Part shown: piece by piece, positions 38,101-51,177 of the stretch
Layout: every line of letters begins with the position of its first letter
How positions within the stretch are numbered: the first letter of the stretch is position 1
Source: Oopsacas minuta
Lineage: Eukaryota > Animalia > Porifera
DNA length: 64,000 nucleotides
Assembly: GCA_024704765.1 (NCBI GenBank)
Contig: JAKMXF010000317.1
Coordinates: forward strand, 321,848 to 385,847
Direction: 5' to 3'
Translations under genes and position numbers: made by a program
The notes under the pieces: generated by a model
The model's input: the letters and a program-made list of their open reading frames with translations, nothing else
What the model was told of the DNA's origin: nothing
Databases searched by the model: none

Positions 38101-41100
38101 TAGAAATCTCACAGTAGTAGGACCGATCATATTAGGATCTGGTTTGAGACACATTCCACTGAGTAAAAGTCCTTTGAAGAGCTCTTGTTTCTGTAGAATC
38201 ACGTCAACTGCTATTAGAGACCCCTAGGAAGAAGAAAGAAATAATATTTAATAATTTTTTATCTAATTGATGATTAATTAAAATATTCGGTCGACGAAAG
38301 TGAGTTCGGGTCTTCAGGACAGTGGCGTACTCGCGGGGGGGGGGCGTCAAATCATAAACATTATATAATAATACTAATACCTCTTAGTTTGCTAATTTTC
38401 TTCGAATGATTAATTTTTCTTAAGAAATAAGATGATTTAATAGATTTTCAGGAATTTTAATCCAACCACAAAATCAAATATAAAATAGAAATGACCAAAA
38501 AATCTGAAATCAAAGTGTTTGTGCTGACGAAATTTCCTTCAGGCCACTGTTAGTCGGACACTTGTTTCAGCTCCGCCGATCGCATTATGTGTGGTGAAAT
38601 ACGATTAATCATATTATAAATAATGCATAGATTAGAAAATATAAAAATATTCGATTACTCATGAATAACAGATGAAACGTAATTTGTAGCATCATTTTGA
38701 AATGGGCTTGTCTAATTATTCTTTCATTTTATATTTCAAATAAGCGAAGTTATTGTAATTATGTATAGGGTGAAACTATTTGCGTAAGCTGTATCATAGA
38801 CTACTATATCATACAATATAGGAAAGTAGCCGAGTAACGAAAGAAAAAGAGAGTCCATTTATATAAATCTCATAAAAGTTCAATTAACCCTTCGAAATTT
38901 GTGAATTGAACTTTTTTAGGGTTAGAAATTGTGAAGAATCAGTTAAGACTACTAAAAAGTTCAAACGGTCATCCTTCATCTCGTTTAGGCGCCATTTATG
39001 CGATGATGTTAGTATTTATATAATTTGACTATTTTCTCAAATATTTTTGTAAAAAATGTATTTTATCTAACTTTATGCTAATATATTGTTTGAATTCATA
39101 TATGTACTTCACACTCAAGTTAAATATATGTTTTTTGGAAGAAAAACTTCTGAATTTACCATGGACATGAAAATAATATATTTATCAAAAATAGATCTGT
39201 GAATTTTCAAAAATATGATATGAAGATGTGATCCGAATTATATTCTAAAGGAAACGTGCTAATTATATATACCATAAGAATAAATAGAGGACATTAATTC
39301 ATGAAATACAAGAATTTCCAAAAGTAAAAAATTCTATTTTAGATGAGCATTTGTGTGAATTTTGATGTAGTGATTTGAATGCGCCTAAACGAGATGAAGG
39401 ATGGCAGTTTGAACTTTTTAGTAGTCTTAACTGATTCTTCACAATTTCTAACTCTAAAAAAGTTCAATTCACAAATTTTGGAGATTAATTTAAATTTTAT
39501 GAAATGTATATAATGGCCTCTCTTTTTTATTCGTTGCTCGGCTACTTTCCTATTTGTATGATATAGTAGTCTATGGCTGTATCTATACACACTTCACAAG
39601 AATAGAAAATTTTACAGTTTAATCATACAAAATTCTAAAATATATATTTAGGACAGTATGTAGCGAAAAAATACCAGATAAAGTTTGGAACAACAATTGA
39701 AAGATTTATTCTAACCTATGTATTGTCTTTAGTTAATTTAAATAGTCATTAGATATTGGCTAGTATGCTCGCTAGATTCTTCAGTACAACAAATACCGCA
39801 TTACCTTGAATAGTAGCCCGGGGCGATTCATAATTTTAGGACTACTGGTGGGAGAGGCGATTAATTGAGGTAGGAGATACATTCATGAAAATTCGTCAAG
39901 TGGACAAAGGAAAAGTGCCAGCTGCATAGTATTGCAGCAAGCTCCTTGAAATTTCGGTATAATGTCATATTTAGTAGTTTTAACTTGGGGTAAAAAGTTC
40001 TACTGTATTTATATGAAATCAAAGAAGGTTGTCCAAGAAATAATTTGAATTAAATCAGGCTCTATATACGCCAATGTCAATATACAGTAGCTAACTAACC
40101 ATAGAATGTCCAAATAAGAACAAAGGTATATTTGGATATTCATTCCGAATAGTAGTGACATGTTGAATGACGTCACGAGAGAATATTAGAAAATCGAGTA
40201 TCTGTGCTCTTTCTCCATCACTCCTTCCGTGACCAACTAATAGAAGACAAAATTAAATAGTTGGCTGAAATAATTGAAAATTTACGTAATTGTAAAGACA
40301 AAATTCTACGAATTAACATAGAAGTTACCCAAAATTGTTTACTTTGAATAATCACACAAACAAATAAACAAAAATATATGCAGACGGCTTAGTCTATTAA
40401 GTAAGGTCGCACAAGTAGTTGGAGGCAATTCAAAAGTCAATTTTACTGTAGAGTAATGTAATTTTGAAAATTGCAGACTCTGAAGAAGTGATTTTGGGCT
40501 TGTTTAGGCGGAATTTTTCGGTAGTTTCCATAGTAAAATGGTCCATCCAGGCCGTCCTCTTTTTCAAAAAGTGAGAGGTTAGCCCTCTCAGTTTTGTGGA
40601 AATTTATTCCTCAAATCAAAAAGTAACTCCTACTTTAAGCTAAATAGTCCACTTCGCTTGCTAGGTCGCTACGCGACAGGTTAGTGCCTTAAAGTAGCTT
40701 AAGCATTAAACAACTAAACTTCCTAATGATTTTGGGCGAAACGCGACGGGGTAGACTCGAAACTTAGTGCCTCAAATTTATAATATGGCGGAAATCTGAA
40801 GATTATATTATCCATAGACCATACAAATTGCATTAAATAGCCTTCTGTGGTAGCACTAGAGCTCTAAGTGGCTTTTGGTTAGTAATCTCGGCACTTCGTG
40901 GCTCAGGTATTAAGATCCGCTGAAAATATTTGAAATTGAAACAATTGATTTTTGTACAGTCATGATGTCGTAATAATTCAATGGTAAGTTTGCAATTGTT
41001 CAATGTGATGACGTCAGAACATTTGGCATATTGAGGGGTACCTGCCAAATTTCAAACATCTCTATCATGTATATTTGCTGAGCAGTAGGTATTAATGTGA

Positions 41101-43997
41101 TTTTTCGAAAATCCTAAGGTGACAATGACGTCATAATTTCGTCATAGGTGTGAATTTTCGCCCAAGACTCGAACTTGTCCCAATAGGCGACTTCCTTTAA
41201 ATAAGAAAAATGTTTTAATGTCAAACTATAAGGGTTGGTTACTATAAGTATTTGAGTAACTTGTCATATATGATCAATACAGGTAAATGACGTAATGCCA
41301 AATCCAAGCCATCATGCTTATAAAGGAAATAGAGCCAGTTGTAAGTCAGTTATGATGAAGTCCGGATATAATCAAATATTCAAAATAATACCTTGAATTT
41401 AAATACAAAAAGTCGGATTAATTCTAAGTAAAACAGAACTTATGGTATATTAAATTAGGCCTACACGAAAGTGTAGTGATGTGAGAGTGTCACATCCGTC
41501 GGTCCGTGTAAATAGGTGTCCGTGACAAGATTATTTGAGATAAAAACTTTATATAAGTAATCAAGTGAGAAAATTCACATGAAAGGCATATTTTTGTGAC
41601 AGAACCCCGTCTTATGGTCGAATTTACAAAATTTATGGATTCGTAATAATATATTTTTTCAATAGCTTTTTAAAAATCATTGTGTGAGGGGTGCTAGATA
41701 TGTTTTAAGTATACCACTAACTTCAAATTTGGCGACAGGTTAAATCTACTAAATTAAAGAAATACATTATCATCCCTTAACTCGACACCATCTCAATTAA
41801 ATGGTTTGTAGTTGATATATGTCTTAAGTTTTATAGGCTATATTGAGCGTTACCATAGTTACCAAGGAATATATAAAGTGGATAAAGGAAAAAGACAAAT
41901 GCATAGTACTGTAGCTAGCATCTTGAAATCTTCGGTATAATGTTGAATTAAAAAGATATAACTTGTGGCCAAATTTGAAGTTGGCGGCATGCTTAGAACA
42001 TACCGAATGACAAAACTTATCTAGCACCCATCTTATCAAATTTTAGTAACTCAGAATATGAAATATTCATATACGGAACCGTCAAAGACTTGTCTCACCC
42101 AAATTCGTTTGAAGGAATCCAAACTGTTATGGGAGAATAACCCTCCCTACAGCATAGGAATACTATAGTGCCTAAAACGAAGGAACAAGTTACAAATGAA
42201 TTAACGTGCAATCCTAACTGACCATGATCATGAGCAAATACCATTATTCCAACCTCTGTGAAAGCTTTCGCAAGCGGGTCATATCTTGCTGCATGCTCTG
42301 CTAAGCCATGACTGATGAAGAGGATAGCTCTAAGGAAATAATTAAGAGAATTATAAAGAATATTGAACAGCAGAAACACAATAATAACGAATTCGGAATT
42401 CCCGATACAGTGGGTATCGCTTATCAGAACACTCTTGGGAGTAGCAAAATATACTCTTATAATCGGTAAAATTATATAGAGTAACCATTTTCCAGAGGGT
42501 GTTTCGTATATTCATTATGTTCTTATAATCTTCCAGGGGTTATACAGGCTCCGAGCAAGCTCCTAGAGCTCTTCTTAATGAATTTTCATACTCCCTAAAT
42601 GTAATTTGATCAAAAATTGTGCGACTAGAGGAGCGTCAAGCGCTCCTAGATAATCCCTTTTAACCGACGTTCTAATAAGAGGTAACATTATGCGCATAAC
42701 GAAATCTAAAATGATTAATTCCTGGAAAATGGCTAAAATAAAAATGTATTCAAATTAAGTATTTGAGTAAGGCAAAAGGTAAGTACTGACTAAGTTCCAC
42801 AGTACAGTAGACCCTCGATTATCCGAACTGCAGGAAGCATACATTGATAGTGAAAATTGTTGAATTTCATCTCAGAAGGGGCTTCAGACTACTTTGTATG
42901 AATTTTTTCGGACGATGTGGTGATGTAGCCCATATTGATATAATACACAGTCAAATATTCCAATTTACAAATCCACATTTTCGTATATCCTCCAACCAGT
43001 AAATTTCAGAAATCAAAATACACAATTTCAGTTTTCCGAACACCAAAATTGAAATACAAAGAGGAAGGTGTTCGGATAACTGAGGGTGTACTGTATACGT
43101 GACTATGCTACTTTGAATTTACAAGCTGAACTCAGTTTTCCCATGATCTCGCCACTGATTGTCACAGGACTCTCAACCCTCACTATCTCGCTGTGAAACT
43201 ACGATTTCGGGTCTACACTGATTACAGGATATCGGCCTCTTTTCAACAACTAATACTAAATCTTACTTCTCAAGATATTCGCTTTTTCTCAAAAATATCA
43301 CAATTTGAAGGATTCCAAGATGAGAGCCCTATTGTCAGTATTAGTGAACCTGACTACGTCCATTTGCCTGCCTATATTGATATTTACGTCATATTAAATA
43401 CGTACACTCGGTTAGAACCATAAAATTAGTTCCAATCATTTTAAAACAATCCTTATTCGGATAAGACGTACTCTCGAATAGTACGTACTGATTTTTGTTT
43501 CCCTGGTACTTCTTATGTGAATTCCAGTGTATATAGTTATTAGTACCAGGCAGAGATTATTGGTCGGGCGGCCCTCCGCAGTTAAATTATACAACAATTT
43601 TACTCCTCTGTCTATTAGTATATTAGTAATAATAAAACATTACAAGTGAAAATCCCGAATATAGGTGTAGCAGCCCAGAATAAACCCGAGTAATTCTGGG
43701 CCAGTACAGATTATACCGGGGTATAATCTGGGCTGTTAAACCGGGATCAATAATGTAAATCCTGAAATCCAGGGATTGTAACTCTTACCTGATATTGACA
43801 GTATCTTTTGGTTGCCAGCATCTTGTGACTATATTGAGCCCATCAGCATTCAGGATATTTCCTACCTTAATGTTAGAGGGAGCGGATTCTGCTTGGGGTT
43901 TCTGCACAGCTTCGTCCTCTATAGATATTGTATTCGTGGTAGTTTTAGGAGAAGTATCAGGTATAGGTAAGATTTCAGACTCATTCATCTCACTCAT
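33206..43997 (-). CDS. MGLL: Monoglyceride lipase / alpha-beta hydrolase (serine aminopeptidase S33 family), 7 exons, 322 aa
   Basis: Exons 43997-43789, 42329-42223, 40236-40100, 38223-38113, 35013-34924, 33815-33600 and 33304-33206; all introns GT-AG and phase-consistent, total 969 nt. Motifs HGLAEH, AHDHVGHGRSDG, GHSMG (Ser nucleophile), HGGDD (Asp) and RHELHNE (His). Confidence 0.93.
34325..34831. mobile_element. Tc1/pogo-type MITE in an MGLL intron
   Basis: TA|CAGTGCAACCCCTATAAGTGGG ... CCCACTCATAGAGGTTCTACTG|TA: imperfect TIRs with TA flanks. Confidence 0.7.
35063..35124. repeat. (AAT)n microsatellite, about 20 units, in an MGLL intron
   Basis: Perfect AAT run, seen directly. Confidence 0.97.
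37719..37899. mobile_element. Tc1/pogo-type MITE, 181 bp
   Basis: TA|CAGTAAACATTGGATTTAACGACA ... TGTCGTTAAATCTAATGTTTACTG|TA. Confidence 0.85.
38795..39575. mobile_element. Non-autonomous foldback element with about 200-bp TIRs and a 7-bp TSD (P/Galileo-like), 781 bp
   Basis: Ends CATAGACTACTATATC / GATATAGTAGTCTATG; perfect 7-bp TSD GCTGTAT at 38788-38794 and 39576-39582. Confidence 0.88.
40850..41182 (-). repeat. Dispersed repeat, inverted copy of 22930-23265
   Basis: Its reverse complement aligns with 22930-23265. Confidence 0.7.
42805..43093. mobile_element. Tigger/pogo-type MITE, 289 bp
   Basis: TA|CAGTAGACCCTCGATTATCCGAAC ... GTTCGGATAACTGAGGGTGTACTG|TA. Confidence 0.82.
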
Positions 43998-44634
43998 CGA
44001 TTAGGCTGTGTAAGAAACTAAATAAACCAGATGTTTTGTCAAATTTTAGAAATTATCCTGGATTACTATGGCAGCATTCATGGAGCTGTCTTCCTGGAAT
44101 TCAGGCAGTCTAGGCTGAGCTTTCCCGAGAAGGAATCAAATTATCTAAATATTTGCGTTCGGGTAGAGGTTGGTGTCCCTCAGGACTTTAGTCTAGACAA
44201 GATTCGATTTTGGTCCCTATAGAAAACCAAAATTTCATCAAATTTTGAATTACGTATTATCCCAGGTCACTTTCTAAGAACCAAACAAAGAATCAGTTAA
44301 TTATATTAGTTGCGAAATATTGAAATGGTAGGTTTTGGCCCAAATAATATTCATACTTTGCAATACACTTTACCACACACATCATCTATTCCATATCAAA
44401 ATAAGGTTATTCGATTGCTTTCTTAGCAAGTATATCAGAAAAATGTCCCAAATTAATACTCTTTAAAGAGTCAATTACAGGGGTATATACGGAAGTATAA
44501 CCAGAATTTGGGTGCCTGAGGCTTCAGCCTAATTAGCCTCAATGATAATCTACTTCTGGTGGCGGTGCCCCGGCAGGGCTGTATCAATCATTTTGAGTTG
44601 GCAAAATCAAATCATTTATTGAATGAGTTGGTAG

Positions 44635-47600
44635 TAGGGTTTGCAATCCCGGACCAAATTTTCTAATCCCGGATTGTATATTATGCACTAAAGAATTTGC
44701 TTAAGTTGTATATACTTCATGAAATTTATTTGAAAAGCTTTATTGAATAGATAAAATGATTACTACAATAATGAAGAAGAAAGAATGAGAAATAAATGAA
44801 TTTAATAATATTAAGTGTATAATGAGTAATTGATAAGAATTAGTGAATATTTATTTAGGAGCGATTGTTTCTAATAAAACAAAGATTGTCCAGCGTTACA
44901 TCACCAAGTCTACTCCTGAATCTATTGCATAGGTATGCACAAGAAGAAAATACACGTTCTGCCTCGACAGAGGTTGGAGGAACTGTGAGTAGCATTTGGT
45001 AAATCATTTCCAAAAAATGCCCTCTCTTCCCAGTCTGTTCAGCTATAGTGATTTCATATTTTAGGATAGATGACAATGATTTCTTTAGATTCGTTATCTA
45101 TTGGCTGGGTACCCGTAGAGATGCATCAATTGCTAGTTGGAGCTTCTTCGCTACTGGTAAATCATCTGGATCTGAACTTTGTGAATTAGACACATTGACT
45201 TCATTTTCCTCCAACAGTTTTCTTCGTCCTCCGCTTTCCGCATTAGTCTTGAAAGCAAGTCGTTGCAAAATGTCGTTATTAAACATCTTTTTTCTAGTTG
45301 TGCTTGTGGATTGTGTAGGCATTGTACAATTACAGATGCATCTGTATACCGCTCCTGTACCATGCATTGATTAATAGCTTTTTGGATGCTTCATTAAGAC
45401 TTGAATGGGAACTTAGTAACTCATCTAATAGAAACTTAATAGTTGCTTCTGCCATAATCAAGTTTGCGTCCCGTCTACATAGTACCTCTAGTGCAGCTTT
45501 GATTGGGCCTAGAGAGTGGATTATTCTTGAGGTTTCCGTAATTTCATGATCGCTAAGATATATCACTTCCTGAAGGTCCAACAATGCTTTTTGAACAGGC
45601 AGCTTAATCTTGACTATTCGTTCAAACATATTCAATACTGAACTCCACCTAGTCTTACAATCGAGTATCAAAGTTAGACCGTTTGGATAAATTTCCTTCA
45701 CATAACGTTGTAATAGATCATTTTTCAAAGGTGAGCGTTTAAAGATTTTGACAATTTTACGTATCTTATTCGCTAACTCAAGAATATCAAAGCGTAGACA
45801 ATTCGTATTTTGTTGAGCAACATCACCTAGTACGATTAATCCATCAGTCTCATCATCTTCATCCGCTATTTCCAAACCACCTTCTCCATCAGTTTAATTC
45901 GCACTTGAATAATAGGAAAGTTCTCCTGTGTTATGGGATTTAGAATAGAAAACATCTTGAATTACAAGTTGAAGCAGGCACGTAGCTAGAGCAAGAAATT
46001 CAGGGGGGCAAGAAATATTTCGGGAGGGCAATCGCAGGGATAAATATTATTGAAAATTTAATTTCCTGTGTATAACAAGTACGACCCAGTCTCCTTTTCT
46101 TACATGTATACCCTTTTTAATTCATAAAGTACCAGATTACTAAGCCAGGGGGCACTAGACTAGTCTACATTATATAGAATGCCATATAGTAAGAGTATTT
46201 ATTAAGATACTAAACTCAATTCAGGGATACTATTTGACATTACAAAAGAAAGCGGCGGTGCTTCACCTGCTTAAAATGTTCAATCACATCATTATAGCAA
46301 AGTGATTCTGCAATATCTTTTTCAATAGATAACAGGGAAATATGGTTGAGACACACAGTGGTCATTTGTGAGCGCAAACGAGTTTTTATTCTCTTAACAG
46401 ATGAGAACATACGCTCAACATTGCAAGACGTCTGAGGGATAGTCACAAGAATTTGGTATAAAACAAGCTTTGAAAACTGAAACACTAAGAGCATCACCAA
46501 TGCTTCAATCACCTCAATGGACAATCTAACTTCTGACAACAATTATTAGCGGTCTGTGGTAATTCAATTAAATTAAAGTAGAAATTCAGTACCTATCAAA
46601 ATAGAACGAGTTTACTATCAATGAGCGTTACTTCCTGTCTAGTATTAAAACCATCATCGCAACGCGAATTATTAATTTCATAGTTTTGACGATGCAGTTG
46701 AAGTACATAGGCTATTAACTACAGTGGAGTTCGCTTATGAGCAACTCGAATTTTGCAGAAATTTGGTTGCTAATAGGGCAACGAATTAACATTATAATAC
46801 CGTTTGGGACCCGAAAGCTGGTTGCTAATAGAGTAATATTGCTAATAAGCTAACTGCAATGTATATACAAACGAAAACCTCCAAATTTATCTGGGGGGGC
46901 GAGAAAACTTTTGCGGGGGCAACTGCCCCCCTTGCCCCCTGTAGCTACGTGCCTGAGTTGAAGACCATGTGTATAACATAATTACTGGAATGGTTGTATT
47001 ATACGTCCGACTTTTCCCATCATGGCACAACCGTCAGTTGTTACAGCTCAATATCAGATTCTAAATCCATTCCAAATTCATTGAGCTTCATTGATATCAC
47101 TTCGGAACACTTTTCTGCAGAAAATCTACCTCTTATCCTGACCAATCCAAGGTTCCAAAAGAATTCTTTGCTGTGTATATTGATATTAATACATCTTCTG
47201 TTTTGTAAAGATGTTCATTCATCAAAAGTAAGAGTAAACTTTTTCATTTTTCGATTTACTAGTTCACAAACTTCTGACACCTTTTTGGCGTAAATTATCA
47301 GCATAATTCATAACTTGTGCTTTTATTCCATTGACAAAGTTCGCCAGAGGATGGCCAAGAGCACTAAGAGATTTTCTTAGGTCGGACGGAGTTACAAAGA
47401 TATTGAATGAAAGGCCATCATAAGCTGTCATTCTTGTTAGAATAGCTGAAAGACTAGAATCACTGATGAAACGGTCAAGTTTTCCTGCTACATTAGGTTT
47501 GGAAATATGCTCTGAATTACTGCACGAGCTAGTCCGTTTTAGTACATCAATTTCATGGATAGTTTTCAAATGAACATGCAAACCTTTTGTTGATCCGCCA

Positions 47601-47720
47601 TCGCTTGAAATGCTGCCAAATATCAGCGCCTTCAAATTGTCGAAAGATAATATTTTCTGCCATCATGTAACAAGTAACTGGTATCCAACGAAAATGGAGT
47701 TTTTGACGCTGACATACAGG
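44635..47720 (-). mobile_element. Degenerate Ac-like hAT element with a BED-finger transposase pseudogene, interrupted at 45975-46955
   Basis: Minus-strand pieces: IWQHFKR / GGSTKGLHVHLKTIH (BED), LTFDE, LCYTHGLQLVIQDV (CxxH, rejoined across the insertion), LILDCKTRWSS, PPTSVEAERVFS. TIR-like TAGGGTTTGCAATCCC at 44635; the other TIR was not found. Confidence 0.85.
45975..46955 (-). mobile_element. Non-autonomous hAT (ZMYM1-like lineage), 981 bp, retaining only the C-terminal dimerisation-domain coding fragment
   Basis: Perfect 14-bp TIRs CAGGCACGTAGCTA / TAGCTACGTGCCTG; perfect 8-bp TSD AGTTGAAG (45967-45974, 46956-46963). ORF 46240-46542 has TIPQTSCNVERMFSSVKRIKTRLRSQM. Confidence 0.93.
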
Positions 47721-47829
47721 AATAGATTAATATATATATATAGTGATATCATACGTGTAATTGAATACAAGGATTCTAACTCATTATTATTTAAATTCGA
47801 CCTAATGCATGCGCCCCATCACGAGGGTT

Positions 47830-48000
47830 GGACAGTGTATGTAATTATTTCATTAGACCACTCTAATTGAATACATTGCTAGAGCATAACTAGAAATCCC
47901 TGAGCGAGGAGGCAGGGATGAATATTTGCCTCAATATATAGAAGTGATTACAATAGGGAGATAGGGGAAGGCCCGAAAACGCGAGGAGGCAGGTATAAGC
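47830..48000 (+). repeat. Dispersed purine-rich repeat, second copy at 50690-50850
   Basis: Shared TTGGACAGTGT...ATTTCATTAGACCACTC..ATT.AATACATTGCTAGA.CATAACTAGAAATCCCTGAGCGAGGAGG.AGGGATGAATATTTGCCTCAATATATAGA. Confidence 0.85.
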
Positions 48001-48521
48001 GCGATTTAGGGATCTCCATCCATGAAACACTAGCAATATAGGGGAGGAGGAGAGGCGAAATCGCTAGTGTTATAGAGATCCTTGGTTCTGTGTTCAGAAT
48101 TTACCTTGTATTGGTGTAAATATTCTCTTAAATGTTGCCCAGTGTTCTCACTATTTAGCCTTCAGATGTCTGTTTGTCTGTTTAGAAGCGATATATACGT
48201 ATTTTGACACAACGAATCCAAGGCAGAATTCTGAACTAGAGTAATAGTGAATAATATTCACCAATACTACAATTGAATAGTTATTATTCGTTAATTTGAT
48301 AAAATCCTCATAAGCACTACAAATCGTTTCTAAAGACACTGACCAACCTGTGAGACGCAGGGAGACTTACCTTCGGGTAGGCCCCCTATTTCGCTTGATA
48401 GGGCCCCTACCCGAAGGCAAATCATTAGATTCACCTCTCCCACTTATAGAGGTAACTACTGTATCTATTGTTTAGTATTTTCACTATTATTCATTTCACA
48501 AAAGGAATTTTTTCTACCCAG

Positions 48522-49790
48522 ATGGCTACTCCTGAAGTTGATTTGAATTTCATAACTCAGATAAAAGAGAGTAGAAAGAAGATTAGATACTGCTTCAACA
48601 AGTCACATGAAGCTCTACAATTCAGAGAGAGTATCCTCCTCTCTCATATTGATCAAATAGAGAAAGATTATAATAACAAAACTCGAGAAATGAATTCATT
48701 GATCGAAGCTTTGAACAAAGAAATGGCGCAAGCTACAGAGACTCTCTCCGCTAACAAACTAGCTGAAACCCACAAGCAAATTCGTTCAATTATCGAAAAC
48801 AAAATAACAGAACTAACAGCTGAGACAGACAGTAGCATTGAGTTTGAATGGAACAATCAATTCGAGACTGACATAGAACAGCTAGGGAGTATTAAGCATA
48901 ACAGTCAGACTATCATATCTCCCACCCGAACCTTCCCTCCTCAAGTAAAGCTTGTTGTACCTAACTACACGGCTAAACAGCTGCCTATTGCTTACTGCTG
49001 TAATAATTCAGAGAAGAATGCTCCAGGAGAACTGAACTACCCCAGAAGTATAGCAATACATTACCAAACTGGAAATATTTACATAGCTGATAAGTTAAAC
49101 GATCGTGTACAAGTATTTACCAGTAACGGAGACTATCTCTTCATGTTCAGTGAGAAGATGAACAAACCTATAGGTATCTGTATATCTTCTAATACTGTGT
49201 TTGTTACACAATTTGATGGTCATTGCATTAATACGTACGAGCTAGTAGGGAAACTAATCAAGAGTGTTGGTAGTAAAGGGAATGGAGAAGCTCAGTTCTA
49301 CAATCCACACGGAGTAGATGTCTATGATGGAAATAGCAATGTGTATGTATGTGATTTTTATAATAAAAGAGTTCAAATCTTAACTCAAGAACTCAAGTTC
49401 CATTCTATGCTAGGAATAGACTTGTTTAAGCATCCATTGGACGTTAAGGTTACAAGAGACAGAGTATTGGTGCTAGATAGGAGTGATTCGTGTATGTTTG
49501 TGTTCAATTCAGATCACGTTCTAACCAACAGACTGATAACTAGAGGTGATGGCAAACAAACAAACAATCCATCTCGTTTCGATATAGACAGAGACTATAA
49601 CATCATTATGAGTGACTACAGTAATCACTGTGTGTACGTATTCAATCAGGAGGGAGAACAGATACACAAGTTTGGGAACGAAGGTCAGGGTATCGGGGAA
49701 TTCATTAATCCATGGGGAATAGCACTAGACGACACAGGACGCATTATAGTTGTTTGTGATAAGCACACTAATTGTCTACAATTCTTTTGA
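48522..49790 (+). CDS. Coiled-coil + NHL-repeat beta-propeller protein, family B, intact, 422 aa
   Basis: ATG at 48522 (MATPEVD, matching the paralog start); about 6 NHL repeats (P.SIAI...IYIAD..N.RVQVF; P.GVDV; PWGIALD); intronless. Confidence 0.9.
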   Translation: MATPEVDLNFITQIKESRKKIRYCFNKSHEALQFRESILLSHIDQIEKDYNNKTREMNSLIEALNKEMAQATETLSANKLAETHKQIRSIIENKITELTAETDSSIEFEWNNQFETDIEQLGSIKHNSQTIISPTRTFPPQVKLVVPNYTAKQLPIAYCCNNSEKNAPGELNYPRSIAIHYQTGNIYIADKLNDRVQVFTSNGDYLFMFSEKMNKPIGICISSNTVFVTQFDGHCINTYELVGKLIKSVGSKGNGEAQFYNPHGVDVYDGNSNVYVCDFYNKRVQILTQELKFHSMLGIDLFKHPLDVKVTRDRVLVLDRSDSCMFVFNSDHVLTNRLITRGDGKQTNNPSRFDIDRDYNIIMSDYSNHCVYVFNQEGEQIHKFGNEGQGIGEFINPWGIALDDTGRIIVVCDKHTNCLQFF

Positions 49791-50229
49791 GTTTTGATCA
49801 TCTTTACACAAACAATGTTATTCATTTGCCTATAATCATAACCTTATAATCTATAGTATTATCCATATTTTCAGTATTCTTATTATTATTCTTATCTTAC
49901 CATTCTATCTTTTTATCTATGTATTTCATTATTATTACTGTACCGACTATACTTTCATATAAGCCTCAGTATTGATCTCAATGGAAAGTTTTTAGGGGTT
50001 AATAATATTGAATATCCTGAAATATTTCTCAAATACAGCCAAGAAGGCCAAAGTCAGTCGGGGTCTGGTTCAAGCAGCATCAATTTTTTATGAGCAACGA
50101 AAAGGGTCATGATATAATATTCCGAGAATGTAGGAAAACTCCTTGATCCATGGTTATATATACCTTCTGATGAAAATATCCATTTTCGAGTTTGAGCATA
50201 TGTATCTCTATTGTGAAGCAAGGATTATA

Positions 50230-50346
50230 CAATGTAACCTCGTCAATACGTACACCAAGGGACTATCGAGATTTGTACTCCTTATCCGGAGTACGTATTA
50301 ATCGGAAATTTGTATTAAATGTGTTTGTATTAACGAGGTTTCACTG
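50230..50346. mobile_element. Tc1/pogo-type MITE, 117 bp
   Basis: TA|CAATGTAACCTCGTCAATAC ... GTATTAACGAGGTTTCACTG|TA. Confidence 0.75.
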
Positions 50347-51177
50347 TAGATAAATGTGGTTGAGAAATAACTTTTGAAGCTGCCGGTACACTGAATTGTG
50401 TCTAGGGAAGTGTCTGCCATTTTAGTGGATGTATATTTTCACGCTAAACAATACTATTTTTGAGAAAAAAATCTATTATTTCAATTAATTTTGCATATAC
50501 AAGTTTCCCTCATGTTTTCATGCTTGTTTGCTTTCCATTTTGTATTTCTAACTAGAATAAATGTCAACGGGATTTGTAAATATCAAAAGTAATTCAATAG
50601 AGACATAATAGATGAAATCAGTATAGCATAGGTCCTGACGGTACTTGCTATGAGAATCGGAATTAATGAAACGAAATCGCTAGGGTTTGGACAGTGTGTA
50701 AGTAATAATTTCATTAGACCACTCCAATTAAATACATTGCTAGACCATAACTAGAAATCCCTGAGCGAGGAGGTAGGGATGAATATTTGCCTCAATATAT
50801 AGAGGTGATTACAATAGAGGGATAGGGGAAGGCCCGAATAAGCGAAGAGGCAGTTGCTTCCTCTGGCTCAATGCTAGTTACGCAATACGTAGGTATATAC
50901 GTGGCTGATTTTCGATGTTTAGGCTTGTACGAATTTGATGGCGATTGGTAGATTTCGCATGGTCGCACGAACGGACGGAAGTGCGTAATATCGCATTTCT
51001 CTATAGGAGCCGCGAATACATTTCAGAAAAGTGATTGAAAATCTGATAGTGAACGTAATCGCGTTACGTTCACTATCCTTTTTTTGGCGAAAGGATCGAA
51101 TCACGATCTCCGATCATTTTTTAATGATCGTGATCGTGATCGTGATGGGATCATAAATTTGGTGATCGACTAACGAC

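Noticed and set aside
39339-39590. Near-identical short ORFs at 39339-39590 and 53429-53620
   Set aside because: They are translations of the TIR arms of the foldback MITE, not genes.
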